A stretch of 62,563 nucleotides of DNA, filler included, from Asterionella formosa (taxonomy: Eukaryota), in NCBI GenBank assembly GCA_002256025.1. It is 5 parts of 5 records of this genome, joined end to end, with 100 filler letters (N's around TTAATTAATTAA, not from the genome) between each part and the next. Parts side by side here need not be neighbours in the genome. Positions count along the whole stretch, not along the records: positions 28,549 to 56,958 come from NKIB01001231.1; 4 more parts are not named here. One strand, written 5' to 3'. Numbering within the stretch: the first letter of the stretch is position 1; each line of letters begins with the position of its first letter. Position numbers and translations under genes: made by a program. The notes under the pieces were generated by a model. That model did no database searches, was not told the origin of the DNA, and saw nothing but the letters and a program-made list of their open reading frames with translations. This document shows, in pieces, positions 35,946 through 47,446 of this stretch.

Positions 35946-36170
35946 GGGGAATGGCTTAGTGGTTAGCACGACACTCACTGTGGTGGCGGGTTCAATTACT
36001 GCATTCTCCACCTGTCTTTTTCATGTATTAGCTAGGGTTCTGGGGGGTGCAGCTGACGAAAAGACAGGTCCCGTTGTATCGTACGGACGAATAAAACCAG
36101 TACTAATTGTGTCCATCTATTTGGTGGGCCCGAGTGCAATTATTGGATAGCTTTAATGTACTATAAAATT
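35946..36170 (+). mobile_element. tRNA-derived SINE-like element
   Basis: A box TGGCTTAGTGG at 35952, B box GGTTCAATT at about 35989, and acceptor-like pairing GGGGAAT/ATTCTCC. Too short and mispaired for a true tRNA. Followed by a CCTGTCTTTT/AAAAGACAGG hairpin. Confidence 0.55.
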
Positions 36171-36572
36171 TAATTGACATTAAAAGACGAATAAATATAT
36201 TGATTAACATACTTTATAATTGATTTATTTATTTTCTATGATGTATTGATATCACTTGCATACATATTTTATCGTATTTTATTATCATTGTATTATTTTT
36301 AGCATGATCATATTTTGATCAAAACTATATCATAAACATTTTAAGAAATCATCACAGTTCTATGATCAATGCATCATAGCTATGTGATATACTTTTTCAA
36401 TATTACGAATAATACTTTGGTGATGTATGCATCGATGTAAACCTATCGTGATATTACATTATCATCTTATCAATCATGATTAGATGATTGGGAACTGTAG
36501 TATTCTGCATTGTACTACAGAGTATGATATTATAACACGCACTTTAGTAGCTAAGTCACTCCTGTAATGTAC

Positions 36573-36920
36573 ACAAGTCGACAGTGCACATACACACACG
36601 CTAATCAGGTTTGAGGCAACGGACAGTGGTTCCAACGAGCGAATGACGATACCATGGGTACCAATTTTTCCAGCGATGGTAACTAAGATGTGGACAAGTT
36701 CAACAGTGAATACAAGAACAACATACCAATGAAAACAAGTCGGCAGTGTGTGTATGCACACGCCAAGTAGGTTTGAGGCAACGGACAGTTCCAACAAGCA
36801 AATGACGATACAGATATCAAATATTTCCTACGAGCAAACAACAATGAAGAGAGCGACTTGCTTTGGCTCTCTTGATGGTATCAAAGATGCGGACAAGTTC
36901 AATAGTAAATACAAGTACAG
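36573..36920. repeat. Diverged tandem duplication, two units of about 160-190 bp
   Basis: AGGTTTGAGGCAACGGACAGT...AATGACGATAC and AAGATGYGGACAAGTTCAA each occur twice. Confidence 0.75.
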
Positions 36921-38545
36921 CATGCCAAATGCAGAAACGAGCGACATGAAAAAGAAATTGTAATCAGAATCATTGTATAACTATAGCTATGTGGACAGTA
37001 GTCTGCTGTTACATCTTTGTATCTCCTTCTATGCTGAATCTCAATAGTAGATGTATTATCATGTGAGAATTGAAAATGTCAACGAGAACAAGTAGAATGT
37101 GTTTGTTTACGGGTTGATTGGCGACATTGTAATGCTGGTGGTTGACGAAACAGATTTACAATGTGCACTGTGTGCAGAACCATTACAAGCTCGAATGATT
37201 TCTTCTCTGTAAACTCTTAATTGAATGATTATGAACAAAGGTTCACTGCACATGACGATTACTCAAAGATATAATGATCACTTGACCAACAATTGAAGAC
37301 GTTGTTATCGCAAACAATCATTCCTCTTGTCATCGCTAGTATTTCGTTGCTGTTGCAAAAATCGGAGTGATGACAGATGGAAATGACGAGCCAAAATACA
37401 TAACTTTAGCTGGTACATTATCCTACCAAGAAATTCGAATACAGGAATCTAATAGAAACAATACATATAATAATTAAATATATGTAGTCAAAAGGGTTAC
37501 TATTTAAATTACAAGAGCATTTATCAAAATTATTAGATGATATAACAAAAAATTATGATCAGATGATCACAATTTTATGATGCATCATGGAAATATGATA
37601 GTTTTATTTGCAGATGTGGTTGTGTGTTGGCTCCTGGACTCTTCCATAACCTTCTCTTGCATGTTTTACTGTCCCCTGCTAGTACCCTTCGAACTTCATC
37701 TTCGTTTTTTCGGCTAAACTGACTTACATAGCTCCCATGGTTGCTAGCCCTTTCTCAGCCTGGTTTTTCTCCTATCACTTACCGCTTCTGTTTGCCCCCC
37801 CCCACATCTCCTCTGTTTCCCTTGTGTATAAAAATAATATTTTTCAGCTTTTACTTCAGAGTGTGCTTGTCTCCACTTATACCCTTGTTTGCTTCAGCCT
37901 TAAGTCTTACCAACAATGGCTAAATTGAGGCAATGCTAGATCTGTTAGCATGTTGAATGTCAATTTAACTGCCACCAGCCAACCAACCGAAATTAAGAAT
38001 GGCTACCACATTTTTGGAAATTGTTGGCTCAGAGGTGTCACACTTGAAGTAATTACCTGCAATCTGAATTTACAGCATGGAGGTCAGCTTTTTAGATGCT
38101 CTGTGTGACATTCTGTATGTTTTTTCGAAAGCAATCTTGTGATTGAGCTTTTTTGGTATGCTGTGATTGCCAGGAGATTCCTTCATGGTGCCATTGCTTT
38201 GCTCATTCATCTTTGTCTTCACCCTTCAGATAAGTTGTTTTCATGGTGCCATTTGCGCCTTCATCTTCGTCTTTTGGATGAGTCTTCTTGTTCAGCTACT
38301 TCAGCTAGATGACAGAGGAAGGGAAAATCCAGAACGCTACTTCCATCACCTGTTCCAATATCAAAATCATCACAGTCATGAAAAAGCTTTAAAATAATTC
38401 ACATCACTTACTGTCACCAAAATGACCAGTATGCATAATATGTACCACTGATTATATCTGCCATACCATGACCAGTACCATTACCAGTACCGGTATGTCT
38501 ACCGGTATACTGGAAATAAATAAAATGTGAGACTTTCCATCAACC

Positions 38546-39535
38546 ATGCTACCGAACAGGTCCCATCAACTTCATTTCATTCCGTCTTCAATAACATTCT
38601 CATCATCAAGATTGCGGGGGCCATTTTTGCTATTCTTGCTTCTGCTACTTATTGTATCGAATCTATCCAGTGGCAGTGCTACTTTCATCGAAACACCCAC
38701 TTTGCTCGAGCGCAGAAAGCAGAACATGCCGCTACAATCCCAAGTTCGCTACCATGACAGTCCCCTGATGAACACAACCGACCGAACGGCTCTCATCATA
38801 CTCAACAGCCCTATCCAAAAGCCGCCTTCCCCTCTCTTTTGGAGACTTTGGGACATGGCTGACTATCGTGTCTGTGCCGATGGAGGGGCGAACCGACTCT
38901 ACGATGCCACTGTTGACATGGCGAACACTTGCAGAATCATCGTACCCACTGTCATTCGAGGTGATTTGGATTCCTTGCGAGACGAAGTGAAAGGCCATTA
39001 CCAAGCAAAAGGATCCACTATAGAGCAAGATCCAGACCAAGAAACGAATGATCTTGACAAATCACTGGCAGTGGTTCTAAGAGATTGGGTCAAGTCGGAC
39101 GAACCACATCGAGTTTGTATTTATGGGGCCTTCGGAGGCCGATTTGACCAAGGAATGGGGTGTATACAAGCATTGTACAAATGGGGAGAGGCTTTTTCGA
39201 ATCGACTTTTTCTCTTTGACGATCACACGTATGCCATTCTGTTGCCACAAGTTGTCCGCAATGAAATAAGAATCCCCTTTTACGGTGACGATCCTGCCAA
39301 TGAACACGACAAGACGCTAGTAGGCGAAGGACCGACGTGCGGACTGATACCAATTGGATGCCGGTGCGAATTCGTAAAGACTACGGGGCTGAAGTGGAAT
39401 TTAGATGGCGCATCCCTGGAGTTTGGAGGGCTAGTCAGCACGTCAAATCGAGTGATGGATGACGTTGTGGTTGTTCAATCATCTCATCCAATAATATTCA
39501 CGGCAGAAGTGAGTTCGGGGGGCGCACGATACTAA
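38546..39535 (+). CDS. TPK1: Thiamine pyrophosphokinase
   Basis: ALIILN, VCADGGANRLYD, GDLDS, DQETNDLDK, GAFGGRFDQ, CGLIPIG, TTGLKWNL, FGGLVSTSN. Start codon uncertain (38546, 38726 or 38768). Confidence 0.95.
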   Translation: MLPNRSHQLHFIPSSITFSSSRLRGPFLLFLLLLLIVSNLSSGSATFIETPTLLERRKQNMPLQSQVRYHDSPLMNTTDRTALIILNSPIQKPPSPLFWRLWDMADYRVCADGGANRLYDATVDMANTCRIIVPTVIRGDLDSLRDEVKGHYQAKGSTIEQDPDQETNDLDKSLAVVLRDWVKSDEPHRVCIYGAFGGRFDQGMGCIQALYKWGEAFSNRLFLFDDHTYAILLPQVVRNEIRIPFYGDDPANEHDKTLVGEGPTCGLIPIGCRCEFVKTTGLKWNLDGASLEFGGLVSTSNRVMDDVVVVQSSHPIIFTAEVSSGGARY

Positions 39536-39640
39536 CTAAGCTAGTGAAAATATTTGACCTTCAATTAATTGTGGAGGCAGCAGTAGCAAAAGGTCCAAGT
39601 GGAGAAAATATCAAAGGAGTTTCTAAGTAAAGAGTGTTAT

Positions 39641-41506
39641 TTAACGAACCGTAGCCGTCCCAGGGCATTGAAAGTCGCCGATCAAGAAGTTCTCGCGTCG
39701 TTTGGACTGAGGAGGTGGTCCGAATATATCCCAAAATCGGAGTGTCTCGTCTGCGCCGACCGAAACCACCGAGCGGCCATCCGGACTCATTTCCATGTTC
39801 AACACACGAGCAGTGTGAGACTTAAACTCTTGAACCTTAGTCATAGTTGGGTATTTCCAGAGAATTAGCTGATTCTCACTAAATCCGTGAGATGAGCAGA
39901 GCTCACGCTGATGCTTGGACCAAATGATGGAGCAAACTTGTGACCCAGTATCAATCGAGTTGGTCATGGTACCAGCGACTGTATTCCAAAATTTGATGGT
40001 TCGATCAGCTGTGCCACCTCCACTTGCCAAAAGGCTCCGGTTGAAGGGACACCAATCTAATGCCTTCACAGCTGCCTTGTGCTGTGTCAGGAGAAAACGA
40101 GGCGCCACAACGTTGGCATCTTGCGAAGCTCGATCACGACCATTGTTTCGTCTCGACATTGCAGCGTCCCAAATGCAAAGGTAATTCTCATTTCCACCAC
40201 TGGCAAGTGCATGGCCATCATCGTTCCACTTCAAACCACAAATTTCTTGCCGATGGCCCTTGTATTGTCCGACGACATGGCTTCCGACCCTTACGTCATG
40301 TTGCAAAATTTGAGAATCGCGGCCACCAGATGTCAACCAATTCTTGCTGGGATTCCAAGTCATAGAACTCACTCGGTTTGAATGTCCTTGAAGTTTTCGG
40401 ACCATTTTTTGCTCTTGTGTGTCCCAAAGTTGGATGACGTTGCTGCTTGTTCCAATTGCCAAGTACTTTGTGTTTCCAGGAATTGTCGACCACGACACGC
40501 TTGATACATAGTCATTGGCACCATTTAAGGTTACTACATGGCCAATTTCTCCAGATATAGCATTCCAAAGGTATACACTCGGTCCCATTGCAACAGCGAG
40601 AATGTTGTCTTTGCTCCATGAGATGAGATTTAGATAGTAGTCGTCAACAATATCAGGGGCATCCAGAACTTTTGTGGGTTTCTCAGAAATTTTTCGCTTC
40701 GATGCTATTGAACTGGTTGGCTTGTCGGCATATTCTGATTCTCCATTGCAGGTTGCTGCTCTCTGGAGTACTTGAAGGTGATTATGTTGGAACGGATCAA
40801 CACGTGGTCGGACCGATCGAGATTCGTCGTGGCAGTTAAATCGAAAGGTTCTCTTAGGTCCTCTCAGGCTTCTTTCAAAAGGAGCAAAACCCTGCAAAGA
40901 ACCATCGACTTCGTCTTCTAGCTCAGGAATGGATGCATATGCAATATGGGAAAGGTCTTTGCGGCATTGTGCCCTCTGAATTTCGGACTTGAGGTTAGGT
41001 GAAATGATACTCAAGAGGGATCCACCAACGTTGATGTTTTGAGAAGTTGACAAGGTATCTGGATTCTTCTCTGGTAATGCTACATCTTCAAAATATTCGA
41101 GAGGAAGATCGTGGAGAGCGGCACCCATTGCCCGACGAAATAACGCTTGATCAGCAGTTTCGATGACAGGTGAAGCAGGTGGCGATTCAATTTGACTGGA
41201 AGGTGGTGTGAGTCCCATACGCAGCGATTTTTGGCGCTCAAGAACTTTTGGTGTAAGCTCGATTCTTCTCCTTTCAGCCACTTGAATGTTCGCGCTGATT
41301 AGGTTTACATCCATGCTGGACCGAGAAGGTATGTACCGATCGGAGAAAGAAGGCGAAGCTGTTGATCGCTTATTGCTCGAAGAAGCATTTCCATTCAGAT
41401 TCTTTTTTGGTGTTGATGTCAAGGGCAAGTCCAAGCCGCGACGACTTGGTGTATGACATAATGATACAGATCCTCGTCGTCTGTTTGGTGTTGATGGTGT
41501 CGTCAT
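39641..41506 (-). CDS. CDC20: APC/C activator CDC20 (fizzy family)
   Basis: C-box DRYIPSR, VLDAPDIVDDYYLNL, WD40 repeats, LASGGGTADR, ELCSSHGFSENQL, and a C-terminal VR (IR-tail variant). Confidence 0.95.
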   Translation of the reverse strand: MTTPSTPNRRRGSVSLCHTPSRRGLDLPLTSTPKKNLNGNASSSNKRSTASPSFSDRYIPSRSSMDVNLISANIQVAERRRIELTPKVLERQKSLRMGLTPPSSQIESPPASPVIETADQALFRRAMGAALHDLPLEYFEDVALPEKNPDTLSTSQNINVGGSLLSIISPNLKSEIQRAQCRKDLSHIAYASIPELEDEVDGSLQGFAPFERSLRGPKRTFRFNCHDESRSVRPRVDPFQHNHLQVLQRAATCNGESEYADKPTSSIASKRKISEKPTKVLDAPDIVDDYYLNLISWSKDNILAVAMGPSVYLWNAISGEIGHVVTLNGANDYVSSVSWSTIPGNTKYLAIGTSSNVIQLWDTQEQKMVRKLQGHSNRVSSMTWNPSKNWLTSGGRDSQILQHDVRVGSHVVGQYKGHRQEICGLKWNDDGHALASGGNENYLCIWDAAMSRRNNGRDRASQDANVVAPRFLLTQHKAAVKALDWCPFNRSLLASGGGTADRTIKFWNTVAGTMTNSIDTGSQVCSIIWSKHQRELCSSHGFSENQLILWKYPTMTKVQEFKSHTARVLNMEMSPDGRSVVSVGADETLRFWDIFGPPPQSKRRENFLIGDFQCPGTATVR

Positions 41507-41665
41507 GGTGTAATAGGTGATGAGATGTATAAATGTGTTTTACTTTGTGTTTTGGCGAAATGTGAGTTACCGGTATATGTAGATGTGCGAGCGTGTGAAA
41601 GATATTGACACCTCGCTCGAACTCCTCAGGTACTCTCAAGACACGATGGGCGATGCATGAGGCTC

Positions 41666-41788
41666 AATTCAAACAATAAGCAGTACTGCTGCTGAAAAGC
41701 ATTTCTATCTCGTCTGTCCTTCATGTTCCTGAAACCTCTGTGGTGAGTGTTGTGATGTGTCCATTAGCATCAATCAATCCCAACCGTT
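41666..41788 (-). promoter_or_regulatory. CHR and MSA-like elements upstream of CDC20
   Basis: TTCAAA at 41668-41673 (TTTGAA on the sense strand) and CAATCCCAACCGTT at 41775-41788. Confidence 0.55.
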
Positions 41789-42449
41789 ATATTATTTTCA
41801 ATACACGGGCGTGGTGGCATGATTGGACAGTCCATTCACGACCATCTCACAATCTGTCCATTTCTACTTGCTTGGATGCATTGTCACACGCCTATGATAA
41901 GTACTGGTACCGACTCCACTGTACATACTACATTAGGTAGAAACTCCTAAAAAAAACCTTGGGAACATTAGCCAAATTCTTTAAAAAAATGCACGGAGCT
42001 TCACACATAAGTGCTCGTTTCCATCCTTTATGTAATCTTTACCACTAGTAAGGAAGTACATACAAATATTCAAATAAATCGAACTGCTTGGCGTAGCGGT
42101 AGTGTTGTTTGATATAAAAGACACCCATTGAAGAAGTTGATGTATTCGACAACGGCGGGCGGCGCAGCATTGCCCTTTTGAGCTCCTCCGAACAAATTAG
42201 AATATTGAATAAAATTGCATACATTTCATTCTCTGCTTAAAAGGTTGTTGTCCGGTACAACTATCAGAAACCACGCCAGCGGCAAAATCTTTCACAGGGC
42301 AATGATCTCGTCGAGTATTATTTTGCATGCAAGTTCAACAAAAATATACGAGCTTGGTAGATGCATACAAGGGGATGTCTAACTACTGAATTCTAACTAC
42401 TGAATTACAAGACTACCGCAGACAATGATGCACTGCCTTAAATGATACA

Positions 42450-43364
42450 CTAACGGAAAGGAGACCTGATGAGATCACGAACGTAAGTGAACGCATCGAC
42501 TGACCCTGTGGATGGCCCTTTTGGTTCTTCCGAGTTGACAAGCAACTTGACTGCGACAGCAGTGGAGTCTATGATGAACTTGCTCCTTTCGAACACTCCC
42601 TCGAAAATCGCATTCACGAATAAATTGACTGACTGTCCAACTAGTGCTCTCACAACTTCGACGTTTCCAGAACACGGGCAAAATTGGCATCCCTTGTCGG
42701 TAAAGCTGCAGTGTGTCAGACTGTTCTCGGAATTTTGAATCTGATATAGGACTCGATACGACTTGTCTCCAATAATATATGCAGCTTTTGCGGCCGCATT
42801 GACGTTAACCGCACACGTAGTTTTGGAATAACCCCACACCATGGAGGGTACGTTGATGTTGCGCGACGAGCCCAAGATAGGGAAGGGATCAAGGCCAAAG
42901 TAGCCCACTGGAGTAAAGGATAAGCGCGACATAGCCCCAATAGCAGCTTCTCCTCCAGCAGAATGACCACCAATGATGATGGGAGCGTTACCATCCAAAG
43001 TGGGGACCAAGTTTGGTAGCTGTTTCTTCGTAGCCTCCACTAGGTCAGCAACTCGTTTTGGGAAGAATTTGACGAACAAACCAGGGACATGATCAAGTAG
43101 AATCACAACCAAAGCTGGGTTAGCTTTGATAACCTGTAATGAGATTAAATCGTAATCAGCTACATTCATGTCAGTACCAACTGCCAGCATCAGAACTATA
43201 CGATGAGGTAGATCAGAAGGCGAATCCTCAAAATGATAGCGGATCACTCCAAACCCCTTCATCTCGAGAGTCTTGGATTCTACATTTCCCGTTGCATGAG
43301 ATATGATAACAGCTAGGCAAAAGAGAAGGGGGGATCTCCAAAGAGTTGACAACGCAAGAATCAT
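42450..43364 (-). CDS. Secreted or plastid alpha/beta hydrolase (chlorophyllase-like)
   Basis: Nucleophile elbow GGHSAGG, GLDP and THCSF. Hydrophobic N-terminal signal. Confidence 0.8.
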   Translation of the reverse strand: MILALSTLWRSPLLFCLAVIISHATGNVESKTLEMKGFGVIRYHFEDSPSDLPHRIVLMLAVGTDMNVADYDLISLQVIKANPALVVILLDHVPGLFVKFFPKRVADLVEATKKQLPNLVPTLDGNAPIIIGGHSAGGEAAIGAMSRLSFTPVGYFGLDPFPILGSSRNINVPSMVWGYSKTTCAVNVNAAAKAAYIIGDKSYRVLYQIQNSENSLTHCSFTDKGCQFCPCSGNVEVVRALVGQSVNLFVNAIFEGVFERSKFIIDSTAVAVKLLVNSEEPKGPSTGSVDAFTYVRDLIRSPFR

Positions 43365-43554
43365 GGCGATGATTTCGATTTTTTGTTCGTATGTGCAGTT
43401 AGAAGTGTCAAGAAGGTTCACATCATCTTGCCTGGTATGCATGATACCGGTACCAGTACCCTGGTTCCTGGAACTGGTACCAGGTACCTGGTACCTGGTA
43501 CTTGGGATTCTATAGGTAGGGGCGGGGAAAGCAAATTTATTAATACTCCCTATA

Positions 43555-43650
43555 CCTGCAAGTTGCAGTAATTTTGCTGTAACTAAAGATTTAGCTTTCT
43601 TTATCCGAGATTAAAATGTTAGTTTAAGCAAAATGACCGCAACTTGCTGG
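43555..43650. mobile_element. MITE, copy 2 (96 bp, 24-bp TIRs)
   Basis: CCTGCAAGTTGCAGTAATTTTGCT ... AGCAAAATGACCGCAACTTGCTGG, flanked by TA and CA. Confidence 0.85.
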
Positions 43651-44436
43651 CATAGGTAGCAGGTAGTCCATTGTTTGTCTTTTGTAGTACATGAGTGAGA
43701 GTTTGATGATGCATACATCCACTACATGGCACACATGATGAGCCGCCCAAAATCAAATCGTGCGGTATAACAGTAGTTGCAGTAGCATGAAGTGCCCAGA
43801 ACCAGGTACCAGGTACCAGGTACTGGTACTGTTTGTAATGTTGATACATACCGGTAATACATACCTGAATTCATAAATGGCACCAGTTACCACGAGGTAA
43901 CAGGGAGTACTGGTACCAGGTACCGTACCGGTACTCCACCTGGTTCCAACAACTATGTACCAGGTAGAAATAAGCAAGCACAGCTCCTGAGGCACCAGAT
44001 ACCGGTAGTTTACCGGTGCGTCATCGCTTGCTAGATTGTACATACATGATATTGAAATCAATATACCGGTATCATGATGATTTATGGACCATCCTGTTTA
44101 TCGGCAGCCATAGCTATCGGCCGATATGAGCACAGGTATGATACGGCACATGGTACCAGGTTCCTGCTACATACGATGTGTAGAAGTAGACTTCCATAGC
44201 ACGAGCAGGCAGCAGGGTAACCTAGTACTAGTACCGTTGGTAGTACCTGGTACCAGGGACCAGGTACTTGCTTTGTGATTGTTTTCATGCATGACTGTTG
44301 GTATGTTTATTATTACAGTTCACGAATAAGGCTGCCCCATACCCATCATTTAGAAAAGCTTTGCTCGTCTTCTTTGTTCTAGCTATTTACTGACCAGACT
44401 GTTGTCTCCTTGACTTGACCTACCTAATCAGCAAAA

Positions 44437-45518
44437 ATGATGGGCTATGGATTCAATGCAACCAAATTGAAGCCTAGTAAGTTCGAAATCATTCCGCATG
44501 CTCCCTCAATTGCCGTTTTGCATGTTTGTTTTACGTGGGACTTAATACTCCGTTTTTCTATGCTCCATTGATTCATATGATAGCCCTCAAGATGGCTGTC
44601 AGTCGATTCCAGATTGCTGCCAACAAAAAGTCGGCTTTGATGAAGCAGCAGATGCGAGAGATCGCAGTCATGCTGTCGGAAGAGCCACCCAAAGAGGAAA
44701 AGGCCAAGATCAGAGCCGAGTCCTTAATTCGGGAAGACAATGCGGTCGAAGCCTACGAAATCTTGCAACTTGAATGCGAGCTTCTTGCAGAGCGTATTAA
44801 GTTGATTTCTTCCACCAAGGAGTGCCCGCCAGATTTGGTCTCCTGTGTATCCACTCTCATCTGGGCATGCGATCGAGTCGATATAAGTGAATTGACGATT
44901 ATCCGCAAGCAATTCAGGGCCAAATATGGGAAAACGTTTGAAGAAGCAGCTTTGACCAACTTGGGCGGAATATTGAACGAACGTGTTGTCGCCAAGTTGA
45001 GTGTGCAGCCACCAGCTGCGTACTTGGTGCAAGTCTATTTGGAGCGAATCTGTGAGCAATACGAAGTTCAATGGAAACCAAAGCTTCGACTCACGGCAGA
45101 TCAAATGGCCGAACCCATGGCAGCCCCAGTAGGATACAGTGTGCAAGTAGCACAAGGAACAGGTCTGGGAGAAGTGGTGATGGGACAGCTCAATGTTGAT
45201 GAAGAGATTGGAGTTCCGACCAAAATGGACATTCCATCGGCTCCTTTCTTCCCCTCTGTTGCCCCTGCCACAGTAGTTGTTCCTGCTGCTGCCTACATTC
45301 CACCAGCTCCCTACATCCCTCCAGCTCCCTCCAACCCAGATTTTGAGGAGGTCGATATCTACATTCCGGCAATTCCAACTGCGCCAGCAGGAAGTGTAAC
45401 GAAGCAGCACGATGAAAAGAAAGACGATGACGACTCATTTGCTCCATCGGCTGGAGGTGGCGACATGGGCTCGTCGTTTGCCAACTTGGCAGCCAGGTTT
45501 GATTCCTTAAAAAAGTAA
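44437..45518 (+). CDS. IST1: ESCRT-III regulator IST1, 2 exons (44437-44476, 44584-45518)
   Basis: FNATKLKP|TLKMAVSR, AKIRAESLIRED, EAYEILQLECELL, KYGK, and a C-terminal MIM FANLAARFDSLKK. Confidence 0.93.
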
Positions 45519-45572
45519 GAGTTACCAGTTTGTATATTAAAGTTACACATAGTGAGAATGTGAATTTGGATG

Positions 45573-47446
45573 TTATTTGGATCCCACGCGGGGCACTGGT
45601 CCTTTGATTGGTCTCTGCAGCCGTTGTGATTCATCTTTTTGCCGTTCAGCTGCTTTTTGTGCACTTCGTGCCTTGACCTCTCGATAAAAAGACTCGTACT
45701 TTCGAAGTGCTGCATCCTTCTTCTTGCTCTCGTCCTTTTCTCGTTTCAGCTCCATCGTCAGCCTTCGAATTGTCTGCTCCTGTCGCCGATGCTCTTCTGA
45801 TTCTGCTGATGTTCTAATGAATTCACTGCTTATCACTGGATTTGTATTGTCTTCTGGATAACCCTTCCGAAACTTCTCGAGGGCTGATTTCAACGAAGAA
45901 AACCGTTTGCTGTACTCCTCCTTGAATCGATGCATCTGATCTTTGGCTGCCTTCGCCTCTATTCGAGCCGCTTCCGCTTCTTCGACCTCACGAAGGAGCG
46001 CCGCATTCTCGTCACCCAGTGTCTTGATAGAGTCCAGCAAGCGCATCAACTGTTTCGTATTGGTCGGCTGTTGCAACCCTCCGTCGCCATGATGTCTGCC
46101 ACCACCAGTCATGGAAACAACCGATGACGCCATCATGTGTGACGCAGTACTTCCACTTCCCCACCAGCTCGACTCTAAACCAGAACTTGCCGGGTTGGGT
46201 CGTTGTGATGCATGCGTAGGCGGAGACAGTATCGCTGCTGCTGTAGATGGTCCCAAAATATGCTGGACACGGTTGGGTCGAGCACGAGGAATTAGAGTAG
46301 GCCGAGAAGGAGTCCATAGAGACGACGACATATAGGAAGATCCTGGTGGAACCACCATGAAACTTCCATCTTCCATAGTTGACTGCTTCATTCTATTTTG
46401 AGTTCTAGTTCCCAAAGAAGCGACTGAGTTCCCAAGCTCAAGTGCCATGTCCATATCCCGGAGTTCCCGTTCTAGCTCCATCATTTCATCAACGGGATTA
46501 TGAGATTCGTCACTGGTTATCCTGTTGGTGATATTCTGATGTGGCAATGTTGCCTTTCCTAGAAACATGGAATCCGAGATATCCGCCTCATTCTTGGTAA
46601 CAAGAGCGCCTCGAACAGTCGCTCGCAGTCGTTCCTTTTGTGTCATGGCCGAGCTAATTGGTGAATCACTCGATGGATGGTTTTTCCCATTTGTATTTTT
46701 CCTTATAAACCTTTTGAACACCAACGCTGACTTTGCTTGGGCTTGGCTCAGAAGGAGTAGCGAATTTGATAGAGAAACTGGAGACAGCGATAACCATGTC
46801 AGCCCCTAACAAGTTGTGCGTAAAGAATTGGCATCGTCGTCCACTCACCATCTTGATCTCTGACTGCTACTGCGGCCTCCCTAAATAAATTTGCAGCTCT
46901 AGAATGTTCGTTGAAAGCAAAATTCAAGTCACCATTCTTCTTCGCCTCTGACGCTTGATGGGCTGCTTCGTTTGCTTGTTCACACGCAATCTATTCCAAG
47001 TAGGAAATGCGGCAGACGTGAGGAATAATAATGCTTGATGAAGAGTCAAGACAAGTCCATGTAGAAAGCGAAAAAACATTCATTGCCCTCTCGAAACGTA
47101 CCGTAATATATTCACCACCATTTTGTTGGGCAGTCCCACTCAATAGGACTGCCAAAATGTCGCCCTTTGGTTGCTCAATCCCCTCATTTGGCATGGTTCC
47201 ACCATCAATTACCACATCAACTTCATCAGCATCGCTTTCCGCGTGAACGAATGTAAAATCAATTGTTTCTGTTTCCAAAGCCTCTTGTCGTTGTTGTTGC
47301 TGTTGCGGCTTGGTATAGACACCACTTTGTTCGGATGGAAAAAAAGATGGCGACCCCGAAGCCATCATGAGCGACGATGACGATGAGTGGCCTAGCATAG
47401 TACTGTCGCCTCGTTCTGGAAAATCTACTGCGAATGGGAGATCCAT
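45573..47446 (-). CDS. Uncharacterized protein with an MIT-like helical segment and C-terminal coiled coils, 3 exons (47446-47102, 46990-46849, 46777-45573)
   Basis: GT-AG introns at 46991-47101 and 46778-46848 join the ORFs in frame. Exon 2 reads ACEQANEAAHQASEAKKNGDLNFAFNEHSRAANLFREAA. Confidence 0.72.

Noticed and set aside
35946..36010. tRNA-Sec (TCA in the central loop)
   Set aside because: About 65 nt with no long variable arm, a non-canonical anticodon loop and a broken T-stem. Treated as a SINE head instead.
42089..42170. tRNA-like A box TGGCGTAGCGG with a degenerate B box
   Set aside because: No cloverleaf can be formed. At most an old tRNA or SINE relic.
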